In this document: one piece after another, positions 48,712 to 50,993 of the stretch
Layout: every line of letters starts with the position of its first letter
Position numbering within the stretch: position 1 is the first letter of the stretch
Origin: Octopus bimaculoides
Lineage: Eukaryota
Assembly (NCBI RefSeq): GCF_001194135.2
Contig: NC_068982.1
Span: 83,355,971 to 83,406,963 of the forward strand
Direction: 5' to 3'
DNA length: 50,993 nt
Program-made: the position numbers and the translations under genes
The notes under the pieces: generated by a model
Told to the model about the DNA's origin: nothing
Database searches by the model: none
Seen by the model: only the letters and a program-made list of their open reading frames with translations

Positions 48712-50665
48712 CTATTTGGGCAGGTGAAAATGACATGACAACAGAACAAATAAAAGCACATAATTTACACCAACAATCATTATGTTGTATCACCAAGTTT
48801 TACCTCTATTCATGCAATAGTTACATTTTTATGATATTTTTTTACACTAGACAAACCGCATTTCATCAAGATTTTTAGTTTCTAACAGGATTGGGAGATT
48901 TATATTGAGAAAGTACTAAGGAGGAAGAAACTGTGGCCATGATACTCATAAACTCAATGAAATTTTTGAGACTGATATTGTTGATTTTAAGTTTAAACAT
49001 CTGCAAGAAAAATGTGAGTGGGAAAGAAGTTCCAGAGGCTTGAGGTTTTGTGAAAGAGTAATAGGTATACTAATTAATGTGAAGAGAGCTGCTGGATGGA
49101 GTTAGGTAGCTGTTGTAGTAGCGATAAAACAAGTAAAGATATATTGCAGCTGTCAAACAGAAGTTTTTGTGATCACTCAAGGGGCATTGTAAGGGTTAGT
49201 ACTGAAGGAGTCAGTGTATGTATACATTGTGACAAGACTTCTGGAGTAGAGATGGAAAGTTTTGGAGGTGTCTTGTCAAGTGTGTGTATTGTGGACTTGG
49301 AAGTAAATGTGATAGTTTTCTCTAAAGGAGAGTAACTGACAGAATCATGTTGATTGGAGTGGTGGGAAGGAGGATTCCATAAAGTAGGTAGACACCCTTT
49401 TGGAATGATTAGCTGGTATTTGTGAAGTAAATGAGATTGTAGGCTGTAAGCTAAACTAATGAAGTAAACAATATAACTAGAGAGCATACTGATACCATAT
49501 ACTTAATCAAGAAAATAATCTAGTCACAATAAAATTTTAACTTTTTCCACAAGAACCCTTCATGAACATTATATTTAATAATGCAGGATAGGTATCATAT
49601 TTAAAACAAAGATTGTTTCCCCTCTAGTTATATTATTTAATGAGGAGAATCCTATCCCAGAACATTTCAGGTTTTCCAGGACAAGATGAGCATTGGAGCA
49701 ATCAGGAATGATTAATACAGTTATAACTTTCAAATGTTGGTTGAAAGAAATGTCCAGATTTTTCCTGTTCTAGTATAAAATGGAATAAAGAGAGGGAAGG
49801 AAAATATACAGTAATATAGTTTTATGCAATTATAAAAACTTATACACACATAAAAATAAGTAGCTGTGGCAACAGAAATATCAATGATAGTTTTTATAGA
49901 TGTTACGCCAAGTTAATATCAAGTAGCTACTGAAATCAGACATGATATATGTAAGCATTAGGAAGTTGTACATAAAGTGAATGGGGCACTGAATGATGAA
50001 TGAAGAGAAATAAATTCCATGATGAAAAATAATTGTAAGATAAAAACCACAACATGCACTTGAAAATATGTGAACTAGAGATGAAATATAGTCAAAATCA
50101 TTTCTAATTATGAAAACACAAAACATAGAAACAATGTAGTTTTAAGCAAAGTACTGGATGACTATACAGTATCATCAAGAATATGCATCAGGCAGAATGT
50201 AACCACAGCACACATAATTTTTATATGGAAATATAAATATATATAAGCAAACATACATATATATCTGTATTCATACATGAGTGCATATATAAACATAGTT
50301 GTGAGGTAAAGAAGTTCACCACACTGCCATGTGGTTTTCTATTCAATCCCATTGAACAGCACCTAATACCACTCATCTGGTTACTGTCTTTTATGAGATG
50401 AGTGGAATAGAAACTGTGCAGAAGCCCAATGTGTGTGCGTGTATGTGCACACATGAATCTGTGTCTGTGCTTCTATGCCAGCATATACAGATGTTTCAAG
50501 TTACGCCTTTTTTTATCAAAATGATATCTTAGCCATTCAGAAAATAAGGATTGATAATGTAAGTACCAAATTGAAATAAGAACTGGAGTTGATCTACTCT
50601 ATTAAAACCCTTAAAGGCCATGCCCTACCATAGTTATAGCAGAATAACAGATAAGAGTATATAAT

Positions 50666-50993
50666 ATCATCATCATCGTTTAACGTCCGCTTTCCATGCT
50701 AGCATGGGTTGGACGACTCGACTGAGGACTGGTGAAACCGGATGGCAACAACAGGCTCCAATCTAAATTTGGCAGAGTTTCTACAGCTGGATGCCCTTCC
50801 AAACGCCAACCACTCAGAGAGTGTAGTAGGTGCTTTTACGTGTCACCCGCACGAAGGCCAGTCAGGCAATACTGGCAACGGCCACGCTCGAAATGGTGTC
50901 TTTTATGTGCCACCTGCACAAGCCAGTCCAGGGGCACTGGCAACGATCTCGCTCGAAAATCCTACGTAGGCCAGTCAGGCGGTACTGGCAACG
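50666..50993 (-). mobile_element. Young SINE 3' part with (GAT)n tail and at least 3 internal tandem units; runs off the window
   Basis: Highly similar to 21433-21725; ggccagtcaggc..tactggcaacg-type unit repeated. Confidence 0.88.

Noticed and set aside
49096-49487. ORFs on both strands in G-rich/purine-skewed sequence (similar tracts at 10190-10640, 34990-35140, 36620-36970)
   Set aside because: No conserved motif identified; probably very old retroelement debris.

Overview
AT-rich, repeat-dominated eukaryotic DNA from a gapped draft assembly (six N-runs). The SINE and RTE families look like those of octopus/coleoid cephalopods; this is inferred from repeat families, not from a database hit. 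No prokaryotic features or CRISPR arrays are present. 1-9.9 kb holds two head-to-tail Tx1-like (L1 group) LINEs on the minus strand, delimited by (AGAT)5A microsatellites. 10-38 kb is a nest of decayed Penelope-like elements (one RT and two different GIY-YIG types), Helitron pieces, RTE LINE fragments, two mariner relics, a hAT-type MITE and many tRNA-derived SINEs, plus one orphan plus-strand coding exon. The right end carries the last two coding exons (SH3 domain) of an FNBP1L/CIP4/Toca-1-family F-BAR gene on the minus strand. The most interesting signals are: (i) GATA-microsatellite-associated tandem Tx1 elements; (ii) three hammerhead-ribozyme motifs, one with an intact core and one inside a 272-bp tRNA-headed SINE with a target-site duplication; (iii) a phase-compatible 11/37/39-nt microexon cluster in the F-BAR gene; (iv) an inverted copy of that gene's own intron/exon junction about 5 kb downstream of its stop codon. 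Coordinates of decayed repeats are approximate, and nothing was checked computationally.
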